Source of the DNA: the human T2T-CHM13v2.0 reference genome, Homo sapiens
Assembly (NCBI RefSeq): GCF_009914755.1
Contig: NC_060940.1
Reading direction: 5' to 3' (one strand)
DNA: 64,000 nucleotides
In this document: one piece after another, positions 15,010-30,414 of the stretch
Position numbering within the stretch: the stretch's first letter is position 1
Layout: each line of letters opens with the position of its first letter
Made by a program: the position numbers and the translations under genes
The notes under the pieces: model-generated
Seen by the model: only the letters and a program-made list of their open reading frames with translations
Databases searched by the model: none
Told to the model about the DNA's origin: nothing

Positions 15010-15357
15010 GTTCACAGTTGGAAAGTGTAAAATTCAATGGCATTTAGTACATTTGCAACGTTGTGCTGCTGCAGATGTGGGGGCCAGGCCAGCCAGGTCT
15101 GGGAAGTGTGACGTCAGGAAGTGGATGACCCTCAGGTTGCTGACTGTCTGAGGAAGGCCCTGCAGAGTCAGGGCAGAAGCACTGGGTTGGGAGGGCAGGA
15201 GCACCCATGGATGCCTTCAGTGAACATTCTCTGAGCTCCTACTGTGTGTGCGAGGTGCACAGTAGATGAGAAAGAAAACAAAAAAGACTCAGTCCCTGTA
15301 CTTAGGGTGCCCACCATCCAGTGGGAGAGTCAGGCATTGACAGAAATGTCGCTTCCA

Positions 15358-15654
15358 CCGGGCACGGTGGCTCACGCCTGTAATCCCAGCACTTTGGGAG
15401 GCCGAGGCGGGCGGATCACGAGGTCAGGAGATCGAGACCATCCTGGGTAACATGGTGAAACCCCGTCTCTACTAAAAATACAAAAAAAAATTAGCCAGGC
15501 GCAGTGGCGGGTGCCTGTAGTCCCAGCTACTCGGGAGGCTGAGGCAGGAGAATGGCGTGAACCTGGGAGGCGGAGCTTGCAACGAGCCTAGATAGCGCCA
15601 TTGCACTCCAGCCTGGGCGACAGAGCGAGACTCTGCCTCAAAAAAAAAAAGGAA
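15358..15654 (+). mobile_element. AluY with 16-bp target-site duplication
   Basis: Y diagnostics (GATCACGAGGTCAGGAGATCGAGACCATCC; GGAGAATGGCGTGAACC). TSD AGAAATGTC(G/A)CTTCCA at 15342-15357 and 15655-15670. Confidence 0.93.
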
Positions 15655-17780
15655 AGAAATGTCACTTCCAACTTCAGGGTTGCATAGGTGCTGTCAAGCA
15701 GAGGGACAAGGGCTATGAAAGTCTTCTCTAGGGGAACTGAGCTGGCCTGGAGATCAGGGAACATTTCCAGGAGAAAGGGACCGACTGTCTTGCTAAGGGT
15801 TGAGATATGAGGAAGTTTTAACAATTTTTTCAGCAAAGAAAACAGGGAAGAATGCCCTGGGGAGCGAGAACAGCGTATGCAAAGGCTCTGGGGTGAAGAG
15901 TGCGTGGTGAACAGGCACATGGAGAGGGTCAGTGTGCTGGGCCGAGGAGGAGCGAGAGGGAGCGCCGAGCGGGTGAGGGCAGGTGGGGGAGAGGCCAGAT
16001 TTGTTGGGCCTCCTGGCCCTGGCTGCTGAGTAGTATCATGGGGGAGCTTTGGAACTAACTGGTTAGGATGTAATTGAGTCGGGTTCTGATTTACTTGGTC
16101 TGGGGTGAACCCGGATGTGGGTGGTGTTGAACCGCACCTGGTGCAGGTGATGTCAGCATGCAGCCAGGCTGAGAAAGGCTGGGTCTTTCAAGTCCTTTGT
16201 CCTGAAAGGGCAGGGGCAAGGTTTTCAGCTTGGGAGGTGGGAGAGCGGGAGCGGGTCTCACAATCGTATTTGCTTTTGGAGGAAAAATGAAAACAAATGA
16301 GCCACAAGCCCTATTTTGGGGGTCGTCCAGGTCCTGAGCTTACAATCGAGAGAAGAGCAGCAGAGGCCCAGCCCCTGCAGCTGGAGTGGGGCTGCGTCTG
16401 CTGAGGGTCTGGGCTCGGTTTGGTGCGGGGAAGGGCGGCAAGGCCAGCCTAGCTTTTGGACTCACGCACTCCTGGTTTCCCGACTTCCTGCTGCTTGAAA
16501 GACGGCCTTTTTTTTCCTGCAGCAATCCCACATGGCAGAATGAAGCATGGGAGGCCACGCTGACCAGAGCCCAGGGGTCAGTTTCTGGGTGGTCTGGCCC
16601 TGGATGGGTTGCCCTGTGGGGGCGGGAGAAGGAGAAGAGCAGGCTTTTTGGAGTGCGAGAAAGCGGCCGGGAGTCCCCTGACTGGGAGAACAGTCCACTG
16701 TGTGGGAAGGGGGAGAGGACCATAAGTGAAGGTCGGTAACAGGGCAGCAGGGATGAAGTGGGGTCAAGGTCTGACTCTCTAAGAGGGCAGCCCCAGGGAG
16801 CATCTGTTTCCATTCACAGCCGGGAACAGGGCTGGGCGGGGCCAGCCTAAAGGCCGATTGTGCAATGGGAGGGGCCTTTCCCATATCCCTGCTCCCTGCT
16901 CTTTGCGAAGGCTACAGTGAGGAGGGAACCACCGTGAACTAGGCACCTCCCAAGTGCTGAGGGCCTTTAGGCTGATCTATACTGTCTCATTTAATTGTCC
17001 TGACTTCCTGGCTCAGAGAGTGGGAAGGCTGGCCTCAGGTCACACAGCGCAGTGTTTGGGCCCAGGGCTGATTCCTCCCATAGACATAGCAGGCACAGTG
17101 TCCAGGGTCCGTGAGACTTGGAGGGGCCCAGGAAGGTGTTTTAATTTTTCTTAAAATAGGGGAAGAAAAAGAATATAATCCAGCTTGTATTATTCATCTT
17201 TTAAGTCAATGCACCTGTAAAAGATGATTGTGAATGTATTTTTTTCCGTAGAGAAAGGGGCCTGCAAAGGCAGAAGTGCTAGGACTGGTCACGTCATGTG
17301 GCTCTGTTTGGATGGTGCCACCCTGCCACTCAGGGCCCAAACCTAGGGTCTGCCTGCCTCATCCTTCCTATCCTCCCCATGGCCATTGGGCTCTAGCCCT
17401 TCTCTCGCCTTTGGCTGCATGATCCCTCCAGCTGGGTCAAATCCCTCACTCTGTGCCCGTGCTGCACCTGACCTTCCTGTAAACACATCGTATAAGGGTT
17501 TCAAGCACAGGTTCTGAACACCAGTGTCTGGGTTCGAATCCAGCTCTGCCACTGATCAGTTGTGCGCAGATGATGAATTCTTAATCTCTCCGACCCTAAT
17601 CCCTTGTCTCTAAAGTGGGGATTGCAGGAGAACCTACTTATCAGAGTTTTGATGGATGAATGGTGACTGTTTTAAAACCACTCAATTGTTAATCTAAGAC
17701 TCAGTTTCCTTATCTGTGAAATGGGGGTGATGATAGCGCTTACCTAGAAGAGTTGTAGTAGGTTAAATGAGTGAATATTC

Positions 17781-18090
17781 TTATTTTTGTTTTATTTATT
17801 TATTTTTTGAGACAGAGTCTTGCTCTGTTGCCCAGGCTGGAGTGCAGTGGCGCAATCTTGGCTCACTGCAACCCCTGCCTCCTGGGTTTGAGTGATTGTC
17901 TTGCCTCAGCCTCCTGAGTAGCTGAGACTACAGGCACATGCCACCACGCCTGGCTAATTTTTGTATTTTTAGTAGATGGGGGGTTTCACCATGTTGGCCA
18001 GGCTGATCTCGAACTCCTGGCCACATGTGATCTGCTCCCCTCAGCCTCCTAAAGTGCTGGGATTACAGGCATGAGCCACCATGCCCGGCT
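17781..18090 (-). mobile_element. Alu inserted in a MIR
   Basis: Reverse dimer; MIR core CTCAGTTTCCTTATCTGTGAAATGGGG just upstream. Confidence 0.93.
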
Positions 18091-18590
18091 ACAGTGATTA
18101 TTTTTAAAGCCCTCAAAACCATGTATGGCACCAAATGGTGCCATCTGAGTGATTATTAAAAATACTGATTAATATCTGGCCCTTCTGTGTGGCAGTAAGC
18201 CTTAGAGGGGCTGCGGCTGGGCCTGGTTTTACTCTCCTTGGTGTCCTCAGGCATGACACATAGTAGGTACTCACGTATTTGAATGAATGAATGAGTGTAC
18301 TCTGCTCCTCCTCCTCATGCCAGTATGTTTCTCTCTGCTGGAAGTCGTTCACACTTTAGTATGAAGTACAAATGAATGCTACCTGTCCCCTTTGCCTGAT
18401 CTGATCACTATGGAAGAAAGGTTCTATCTCCCTGGGAAAGGAATGTGAGGCCTCAGTGCCCATGTCGGGGCGTTTTATCGGCGGTAGAGAAGAAGGATGT
18501 TTTCCTGGACTCTACACCTATGAGCGTGTCCTCTGCCTCCTTAGAGCAAGGCATTGAAGCACTTGTGCCCTTTATATTTTTAAAGATAAC

Positions 18591-18912
18591 GACCAGGCAC
18601 GGTGGCTCACACCTGTAATCCCAGCACTTTGAGAGGCCAAGGTGGGCGGATCACCTGAGGTCAGGAGTTCGAGACCAGCCTGACCAACATGGAGAAATCC
18701 CGTCTCTAGTAAAAATACAAAATTAGCCAGGCTTGGTGGTACATGCCTGTAATCCCTGTTACTTGGGAGGCTGAGGCAAGAGAATTGCTTGAACCCAGTA
18801 GGCGGAGGTTGTGGTGAGCCGAGAGATCATGCCATTGTACTCCAGCCTGGGCAACAGAGCGAGACTCTGTCTCAAAAAAATAAAAATAATAAAATAAAAT
18901 AAATAACGAAAT
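18591..18912 (+). mobile_element. Alu (S-type)
   Basis: Dimer; TSD AAAGATAAC. Confidence 0.95.
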
Positions 18913-19857
18913 AAAGATAACATTTTTCCTCTTTTTTCTGAGGGACAGAAGCCTTTGGCGGGCAGCAGAGGTCAAACCCCAGAGCAGAGGAGATGAGAGG
19001 CCCGGCCAGTTCCGAGGCCTTCCCAGAGGAAACCTCGCCCACAGATCTGCAGGAAGTTGAACTAATGAGTTGGTGAGTCCCCAAGAGGACTGCCCGCTAA
19101 GTTGGGATCAAGTTCAGGCTGCCAGAGCTCAGATAAACTAGAAGGGCCTCTGCCACTTGGGACATACAGTTCTGAGCCTGGCAGGAAGCCGGGAAGGGGT
19201 GGTGGCCCTGAAATCATGATGGCACGCAAGCCCTGGGTAGCAACATCAGGCCCCAGCTGGGAGCATCCAGCCCGGCTGTCAGGCTGCGATCCTGACTTGT
19301 CACTGATCAAAGGAACGCAGCTGGTTTCCCAGGCGGATTTGTTCTGTGTTTATTTCTCCTCTTGGAACTTTTCTCCTCGCACACAAGACCTGCAGTGCTG
19401 CTGTGTTCTCCGAGTAGTTACCTTTCGTGTCTCAAAAACTTCAGAAGGTGGTTTTATAAGTTAATGATTGTGAGAAATTAACTGAGGGGTCACTGCTCGG
19501 CATCCTGGGTCCCTGTGGTCTGAATACTGCTGCGGAGTGGATGGCTCAATAGAAGAACATTTATTGAGTGTCTCATGTACCACGCCCTGTGTATATTGAG
19601 GAAAGCAGTTTGGAGTTCAGTCACTAGCTGGGACTTTGGAAAGAGCCCCTAAATTCTGTGGCCTTCCATCTCTTTATAGAACAGGGATCATTCCTGATGG
19701 GGCCATGATGATGACATTGATTCTGTCCATCGGTCCAGGACTTACTGAGGGCTGATCTGCCCAGTCCCTGTGCGAGGCGCTGGGTTGCAGGTAGTAAGAG
19801 ACATGGATACTTGACCTTGCAGAGCCTATATCCCACTTGTGGGTATAGGACCTTCCT

Positions 19858-20925
<1,068 letters not shown>

Positions 20926-21583
20926 AAAGAGACCATCAGTGGTAAACATAATAAGTACATTTCATAATTTATTAGAAGGTGATGAAACTATGGAAAAAGA
21001 AAGCAGGACAAAGGGGGTTGGGAATTTAGGGTGGTGTAAAAGAGGCAGATGGTGATTTTAAAAGCTCAGTTGGGGTAAGCCTCATTGAGAAAGCAAAATT
21101 GGAGCACAGACTGGAAGGAATTGAGGGATCAGCTAAGCAGGTATCTGGGGAGAGAGCAACTGGGGGGCTGTGCAAAGGCCCTGGGGTGGGAGCTGTCAAG
21201 GAAGAAGCTAGAGCAGAGTGAGCACAACGAAGAAGTGGAGATGGTGATCTCAAGAGCCCAGCACTGTGCCAGGCATATAGTAAATGCTCACTAAAAGAGG
21301 TTCCTGTCCATGTCCCAGAGAAAGCTTCGGAGATGGACAACGCTCAGCCCTGTCCTCAAAAATTTATGGTCAAGTGAGGACAGAGGAACATGTACAACCG
21401 TCTTCTACATACTACTCATTCAACACTCACGACAACCCTGTGAGACAGGTATGTTACTCCCATTTTACAGATGAGTCAACCAAAGAACAGAGAGGGCAGG
21501 TGACTTGCCCATGGTCACACAGCTGGGAGGTCTCAGAGCAGGTGTCTGTGCCCGAGCAAGCTGGCTGCAGAGTCCGTGTTCTT

Positions 21584-22644
<1,061 letters not shown>

Positions 22645-22856
22645 TGCAGAGTCTGTGTTCTTAATGTTACTTGACGTTGCCATGTTGACCTCACCCACAG
22701 CCATGACTTTGGCCTTGGCCTTGACTTCTATCATGACTAATATATATACATAGAAAAAAAGAAAGGCTACGTTGGTTATCTCTGGATACTGATACTAGAT
22801 GTATGTATTTTAAAGATTTTCTTTATTCTTTCCTCTGTTTTCCCAGTTCTCTGCTA

Positions 22857-23228
<372 letters not shown>

Positions 23229-23371
23229 TTATGAATTAGAGACCAGATAAAGAGAGGAGCAAGGTAGGTATTAGCAGTGAAGTGAAGGTTTGAGCTTGGG
23301 TGTCTGGTTAGACAGTGATGGCCTTGGCTGAACCTTAGAGAAGGAGTTTGATATCTCAGACAAGCAAAACT

Positions 23372-23982
23372 TAATAGAAACATAAGGCAAGCCACATGTG
23401 TAATTGTAAATTTTCTAGTAGCCATGTGAAACAGATACGGAGCCGGGTGCAGTGGCTCATACCTGTAATGTCAGCACTTTGGGAGGCCGAGGCGGGTGTA
23501 TGGCTTGAGCCCAAGAGTTCAAGATCAGCCTGGGCAACATAGTGGGACCTCGTCTCCAAAAAGAAACAGGTACAGTTAATGTAATACCATATTATATTTA
23601 ACCCAATATAGCATAAACATTAGTAGTTGAATTAGCAGTTGAATGCACGACCAACGTAAAAACTCCTAATGAAACGTTGACATTTTTTTTTTCCTGTCTC
23701 CAGCCAACAACAGATGCTGGTGAGGCTGTGGAGAAAAGGGAACGCTTATACACTGTCGGTGGGAGGGCAAACTAGTTCAGCCACTGTGGAATGCAGTTTG
23801 GAGGTTTCTCAAAGAACTTAAAGTAGAATTACCATTCAACCCAGCAATCCCACGACTGGGAATATATGCAAAGGACAGTAATTCATTACTGTCATAAAGA
23901 CACATGCACTCACAGGTTTTCCAAATCGGGTCTGCATTTTATCCTTATGACAGATCTCATTTCAGACCAGCCATGTTTCACA
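23372..23982. mobile_element. MER33-like hAT-Charlie fossil interrupted by a FLAM/Alu monomer (~23440-23562) and an L1 piece (~23706-23912)
   Basis: AATAGAAACATAAGGCAAGCCACATGTGTAATTGTAAATTTTCTAGTAGCCA and TTTAACCCAATATA match the remembered MER33 consensus. Monomer TSD GAAACAG(A/G)TAC. Confidence 0.7.
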
Positions 23983-25423
23983 GGGAAGCATGGGTAGAGA
24001 GCGACAGCCACGTCGAGCCATCGAGCTGGTAGATGAAATGTGTTAAGCACAACTCATTCATTACACCGTCTTTACTGAGTGTCTACTTTGCACCAGGCAC
24101 TGCTTAGGGATCGGCGATTCCAAAGTGAACAAACAGATCCCCAGAAGCTGCCCCCGTGGAGCTGACATCCTAGTGTGGAGACATAGACGATAAACGAAGA
24201 AAGCAAAGTTAGTAAAATACAGAATATGTCAGGTGGAGATGAGTACGAAGAAGCATAAAACCAAGAGGGGCACCGTGAGTCCCAGTGGTATGCAAATGGT
24301 GGTTTTCAATCCTGAGGTCAGAGAGGACCACAGCAAGAAAATGACACGTGAACAAAAGTCTGGAGGAGGCGATGGGTGAGGAGTGCCGCAGCTGGGTGGA
24401 AAAGCATTCCAGGTGGAGGGCGCTGCAGGGGCACAGGGCTGGCGCCTTGCCCAGCAAGGAGGCTGAGAGAGGGCATTTGGAACCTCGTCTACCCAGAGGG
24501 AGGGGAGTCATACTGTTGGCAGAAGTGAGGCCACCCAGGGAGAGAGAGAGAGAGGCAGGAAATGGGCCAAGACTGTAACATCAATGGGAAACGCCTACAT
24601 TTTAAGGGGAAGGTGGAGATGGAGGATGAGCAAGAACCACATGGGAGGCGTTAGCTGCCTTAGGAGAGCGCAGGGCCCCAGGTTCCAAGCAGCAGGAAGT
24701 TTCTCAAATGGAACCTGGGCCAAGGTTCCGCTCTGCCTGGAGAACAGGGTGCGGGTGGAGGAGGCCCAGGAGGCGGTGCCTCAGAACGCTCATCTCCTAA
24801 CAGCAAGCATGTGCTGAGCCTAGATCCTCGCCTAAGTGCAGCTGGGCCTCATGGCAAACCTGTGAGTAAGTTCTGACTCCATACCCCTGTTTTACAGATG
24901 AGAAAACAGAGGCAGAGAGATGGGGCAGGACCTGTTCCAGGTCGTCCTGGTAAGTAGGGGTAGCAGCTCCATCATGTCCGTGGGTGGCTCCTGGCTTCTA
25001 AATAAGCAGCCTTGCCCTGCAGGGAGGGGCATTGAGACTGCGTCCCATAAAGCTGAAAGAAGAGGGAGTGGAGCACGCTGGACCATGCCCCCATAAGGGC
25101 TCAGCCAGTAGTTTCTGGATGAAGAAATGAAGGAATATTCTAGAATCTAGGGCAAGGTAATGATCAGGGCTGGGCCTAGCGGGAGGCAAAGGAGGCATCT
25201 AGGGTCTAAAATGTAAAAAGACTCTCACGCTTGGGCTCCTGGGTTTACAGGACTCTGATGGTGAACTTAAATTTTGCATTGCTCACTGGGCAAGTGTCTT
25301 AACCTCTCTGTGCATGGGATCCTAGACAGCACCTGCTTATAAGGCTAATATGAGACCTAAAAGCATTAAAATGCAGGAAGTGCTTCAAACATTGCCGAAC
25401 ACACAGACTGTATGGCTTTTAAG

Positions 25424-25719
25424 GTTTTTTTTTTTTTGATACAGGGTCTTGCTCTGTGACCCAGGCTGGAGTACAGTGGCGCCATCACAGCTCACTGCAG
25501 CCTCAACCTCCCACGCTTAGGTGATCCTCCCATCTCAGTCTCCCAATTAGCTGGGACTACAGGTGTGCATCAGCACGCCGGGCTACTTTTTTTATTTTGT
25601 ATTTTTTGTAGAGATGAGGTCTCACTATGTTTCCCAGACTGGTCTTGAACTCCTGGGCTCAAGGCATCCTCTGCCTCCCTAAGTGCTAGGATTACAAGTG
25701 TGAGCCACCGTACCCGACC
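25424..25719 (-). mobile_element. Alu (J-type)
   Basis: Reverse dimer; TSD-like ACACAGACT(G/A)TATG. Confidence 0.92.
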
Positions 25720-26201
25720 TACACAGACTATATGTGTTTGCCACTATTGTCATTCACTAAAAGGCCAAGAGGGGTTGATGATACCTGCCCAGGGCATTCT
25801 GAAGGCTGTGCTGGCCAGGAGGTGGGGGGTGAGGGTCCCCAGGGAGGGAGGAACCAATCTTTCTGGAGCACTCACTCTGTGCAAGTGCTGGGCACAGCTG
25901 GCACCCTCTCCTGTAGCCCCACATCGATCTCAAGAGGCAGAGACTTTCACATGCCCATTTCACAGATGAGAGAACTGAGGACCATGAGCAAGAGGCTTTC
26001 CAGCATCTCGCAGAGGCTGAACTGGGATCAGGCAGGTGCGTCAAGCCTAGTGCTTGGGTCCCTTCTGCTTCGCCTAGGGGGGTGCCACAGGGTCTGACCT
26101 ACCTGGGTTCCAGCCTCCTCTCTGCTGCTGTTGCATGACCTCAGGCAGCCCCCTCTGTTTCCTCATCTGTAAAGCGGGCATCAAAACAGTGTCTGTTTTG
26201 G

Positions 26202-26709
<508 letters not shown>

Positions 26710-26859
26710 TCAATTTCTTTTAAATCTCACAGGAAACACACGCTATGAGGAACTACCCACATGCCCACATCAGGCAGGAGGACCCCGGCGGGTGCAAGGG
26801 TGGAAGTCGTCTCTTCATGGCTGCACCCTTGGCCAGTGCCAGTCCAGCAGCCTCTTTCA

Positions 26860-27371
26860 AAGAAGCTTTTATAGGCAGATAGTTTGTCAGCCCAGCTCGA
26901 AATCTGAACAAGGTAGCAGCCGAGCCCCCACCCATCCGGCTGCACTCCCCTGCATGTCCAGCCCCGAGCCCTGTGTCAAGCACACCTCCTTGGGAGGAGA
27001 CCGCCCCAGCCTGCAAGGAAGTGCTCATTATGGAGAGTGGAGAGTGACAGGCCACTCCCGGCCACGTCTCCAAGCAAGCCGGTGCCCCCTCCTCCTGCTG
27101 CCACCGCCCACTGAGCTGCCTGGGCTGCAGACGCCCTGGTCGGAGCGTCTGGGGCCAGATGTTATAGGGCAAGCTAAAAATAACCGGGCAGGCCAGCCAC
27201 CATCGAGGAAGGGGCATGTGCTGGACGCGGACACATGATCCGAGGGACCCTGCTGGGTGGAACTAAGAAAGTCCAGCAGACTGTGCACGCTCCTGTCCCC
27301 ACTCACAGGCCCACGCAGCGAGGGGGGCCCCTCTTCTGTGTGCGTCTGGAAGGTCGCTGCCCAGGGAGGAA
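26860..27371 (+). promoter_or_regulatory. WFDC1 proximal promoter / 5' UTR
   Basis: Repeat-free and moderately CpG-rich region just upstream of the ATG; MEF2-type CTAAAAATAA at 27174-27183; E-box CAGATG at 27156-27161. Confidence 0.65.
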
Positions 27372-27515
27372 ATGCCTTTAACCGGCGTGGGGCCGGGCAG
27401 CTGCAGGAGGCAGATCATCCGGGCTCTGTGCCTCTTGCTACTTCTCCTCCACGCCGGCTCTGCCAAGAATATCTGGAAACGGGCATTGCCTGCGAGGCTG
27501 GCCGAGAAATCCCGT
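27372..27515 (+). CDS. WFDC1: WFDC1 coding exon 1 (aa 1-48; signal peptide)
   Basis: ATG at 27372; hydrophobic LCLLLLLLHAGSA stretch; donor CGT|GTAAGT at 27516; 144 nt, phase 0. Confidence 0.97.
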
Positions 27516-29701
27516 GTAAGTGCCTGGGATGGGGAGGCTGGGGCATCCTCTGTGGGTGGGAGTCAGCCTTGAGGAGAGGCGATCCCTAGACACTGCCTTC
27601 TCCTGTAAGTGCTCCCCCAGAACGTGGCAAGGCAGGCGTCTTCCTATCCGTGTGTGTCTGAGTTGTGTGGTGGGCAGATGGGGCTCACCCCCAAAAAAGG
27701 ACCCTTATCTGTGAATCAAGAGGCAAAAGACACATCACAAATGTGCCAAAGAATCGTGCCTCACTTTTGCCTTGTTACAAAAGTATGCTTGCTCCTGAAA
27801 GACAGCATCTCATTTCGGAACCCCAGGATTTAAACGGAGCATTCCGTCTCCATGATCAGTACCAAATGTTTGTGAAATACACTTATGCATTCATGTGGTT
27901 GTTTATTCATTCAGCAAACAGAATGAATACACTCTGTTAAACAGAATTTAGCAGAAACCGCTCTGGGGAAGGCACTCTGTGGGGTCCTGTGGATACAAGA
28001 TAAAGGAGGTACCAGCCCCCATCCTCAAGGGTGGCGTGGCCGAGGTGCAGAGGCAGTTGGGTGACAAACGATGGCAGTACAAAGAGAAGGCATGAGGCAG
28101 TGAGTGGCAAGAAACACATGCCCTGGGGCCAGATGTCTGGGTGTGAATCGGGCTCTGCTGCTCATTAGCTGCGTGGCTTCTCTCAGGCAAGCTGCTTGAC
28201 GTCTCTGAACCCCAGCAATCTCATCTGCAAAAGACAGAGGGATGCATTTCTTCACACAACTATGTCTGGGTCGCCACTGTTTACCAGGTACTGTCCTAGG
28301 CTGTGGGGATACAGACCTCACATCTCTGCCTGGGGAACTCAATGGGGGGCTGGGGGCAGCAAAGAATAAATGAGAGAGATCTCATTTATTAGTATGTGCA
28401 GATTGCAAGTGCTGAGGAAGCAATAAAGCAGGAAGGGAACTAGGAGAGAGAATGGGGTGGAGGAGGCTATCATTTTTGGTTCCTCCCACCCCCCAGAGAT
28501 CACAGATCCGCAGGGACGGAGTGAGCCAGGACGATATCAGCACACAGAGGGCTCAAGAAGGTAATGCTGGCACCCACAGCACCTGTGTGAGGATTGAATG
28601 TCTCAGTATGTAGAACGTCTTTGCAACATAGCAAGCTGGCAGTGCATCTTGGCAGCTTTCAATCAAATAATTGTGACTTTGTTTGGTGTTGCCTAACAGG
28701 GTAGCATGTAGGTTCCTTGGGGTAGGGCAGGGTTCTGTTTCACTAATGTGTGCCCCTGGTGCCTGCCATTAAGTTGACGCCTGGTACATTCTTGTGGGTG
28801 AATTATGAGCGGCTGCAGTGGTAGCACGGGATGCGTGTGCAGCTCTTCCCCAGGAGAGTCAGACAGGGTTTTTAGGGTTGGGGACAGTGGACCTGTGGCT
28901 TTAAAGGATAAATAGGAGTTTGCCAGCTGGAGAAGAGGGAAGGGAGAATGATTAATGACCCCAGGCATAGTGGGGTGCCTGAAACTGTATTGAGACAAAT
29001 CTGGGCCTCCAGGGCTCATATTCTCCATGTTCGGCACATGCTCGTGGCGGGAGACAGGAGGACTTCGAGAAGTGGAAAGAGTAGTAGAGTGACATGATGA
29101 GGCGCTTGGAGAAGGGAAAGCTCATGTGAGATGGTGTAGTCACCTAAGGCTTCCTGGAGGAGGTGGAGACCTTGACTGGATCTTGGGGAAGGATTAGGAA
29201 TTAGGAGGAGGAAGGAAATTCCTGGAAGAAGGCTCAGCATGAGCCGAGGCTCACAGGCAGAAGTGGTGCATCTAAGAGCTGCTTGGGAGACCAGACCTGG
29301 CCAGAGGGGAGGCATTGAGGAGGGGTGAGAGACTCTTCTCAGATTTTATTGACTCCTCCATGCTCTTCTCTGGTGCAACAGGATGATTTAACCCTCAACT
29401 GTAGTTAGTAGCACTTTGGTTCTACAACCATAGAGAGATTGCCAATATGTCATCTGATTTTATCTCCACCATGTCCCAAGATGTCATAGGAGCCAGCACT
29501 GTGACATCCACATAGGAGGGTCAGGGTTGATATGCGCGGGGGATTTGGGGGAGTCTCTAAAACACAGGCCTGGGTGGGCTGCAGGAGCTGATTCACTTGT
29601 AGCCACCACTGGTCAGGATGCAAGTGCTTTGAATTGGCTCCTCGCTGAATTGAAACTTTCCCTGGTTATCAACAGATATTGGCCTCCTTCCTCAGCGCCT
29701 A

Positions 29702-30049
<348 letters not shown>

Positions 30050-30414
30050 GTGCCTCAGAGAAAGCCCTGGGCGAAGACAGGCTGTTGGCCTGTGGCTCAG
30101 AGGACAGGGAGGGCTGGGAAGAGCACCTGGCCTGGAACTTATCACAGTGAAATCTCTAATGTGCTGTGCAATCTTGGACCACTCGCTGCCCTTCTCTGGT
30201 CCTCAGTCCTCACCTGGGAAATGAAGATGGAGAACCTATGACTTTCATGGCCCTTTCGTTCGACAGGGACTTACGGATGATAGGAAGCAGCCCCCACATG
30301 CACAAAGTCGAGACTTCCCCGTGAGGCACCACTCCCTCACCCTACGCTGAGTGAGACCTTCAGCCTTGGCCCTGACCCTCAAGGGCTATGGGCTCGTCAG
30401 AGTGAGGAGATGCT

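Noticed and set aside
17490-17560. tRNA-like B-box GGTTCGAATCC
   Set aside because: This is the tRNA-derived head of a MIR SINE; there is no cloverleaf.
27516-27572. Unspliced continuation of the 66-aa ORF from 27372
   Set aside because: A consensus GTAAGT donor lies at 27516; the remainder is intron read-through.
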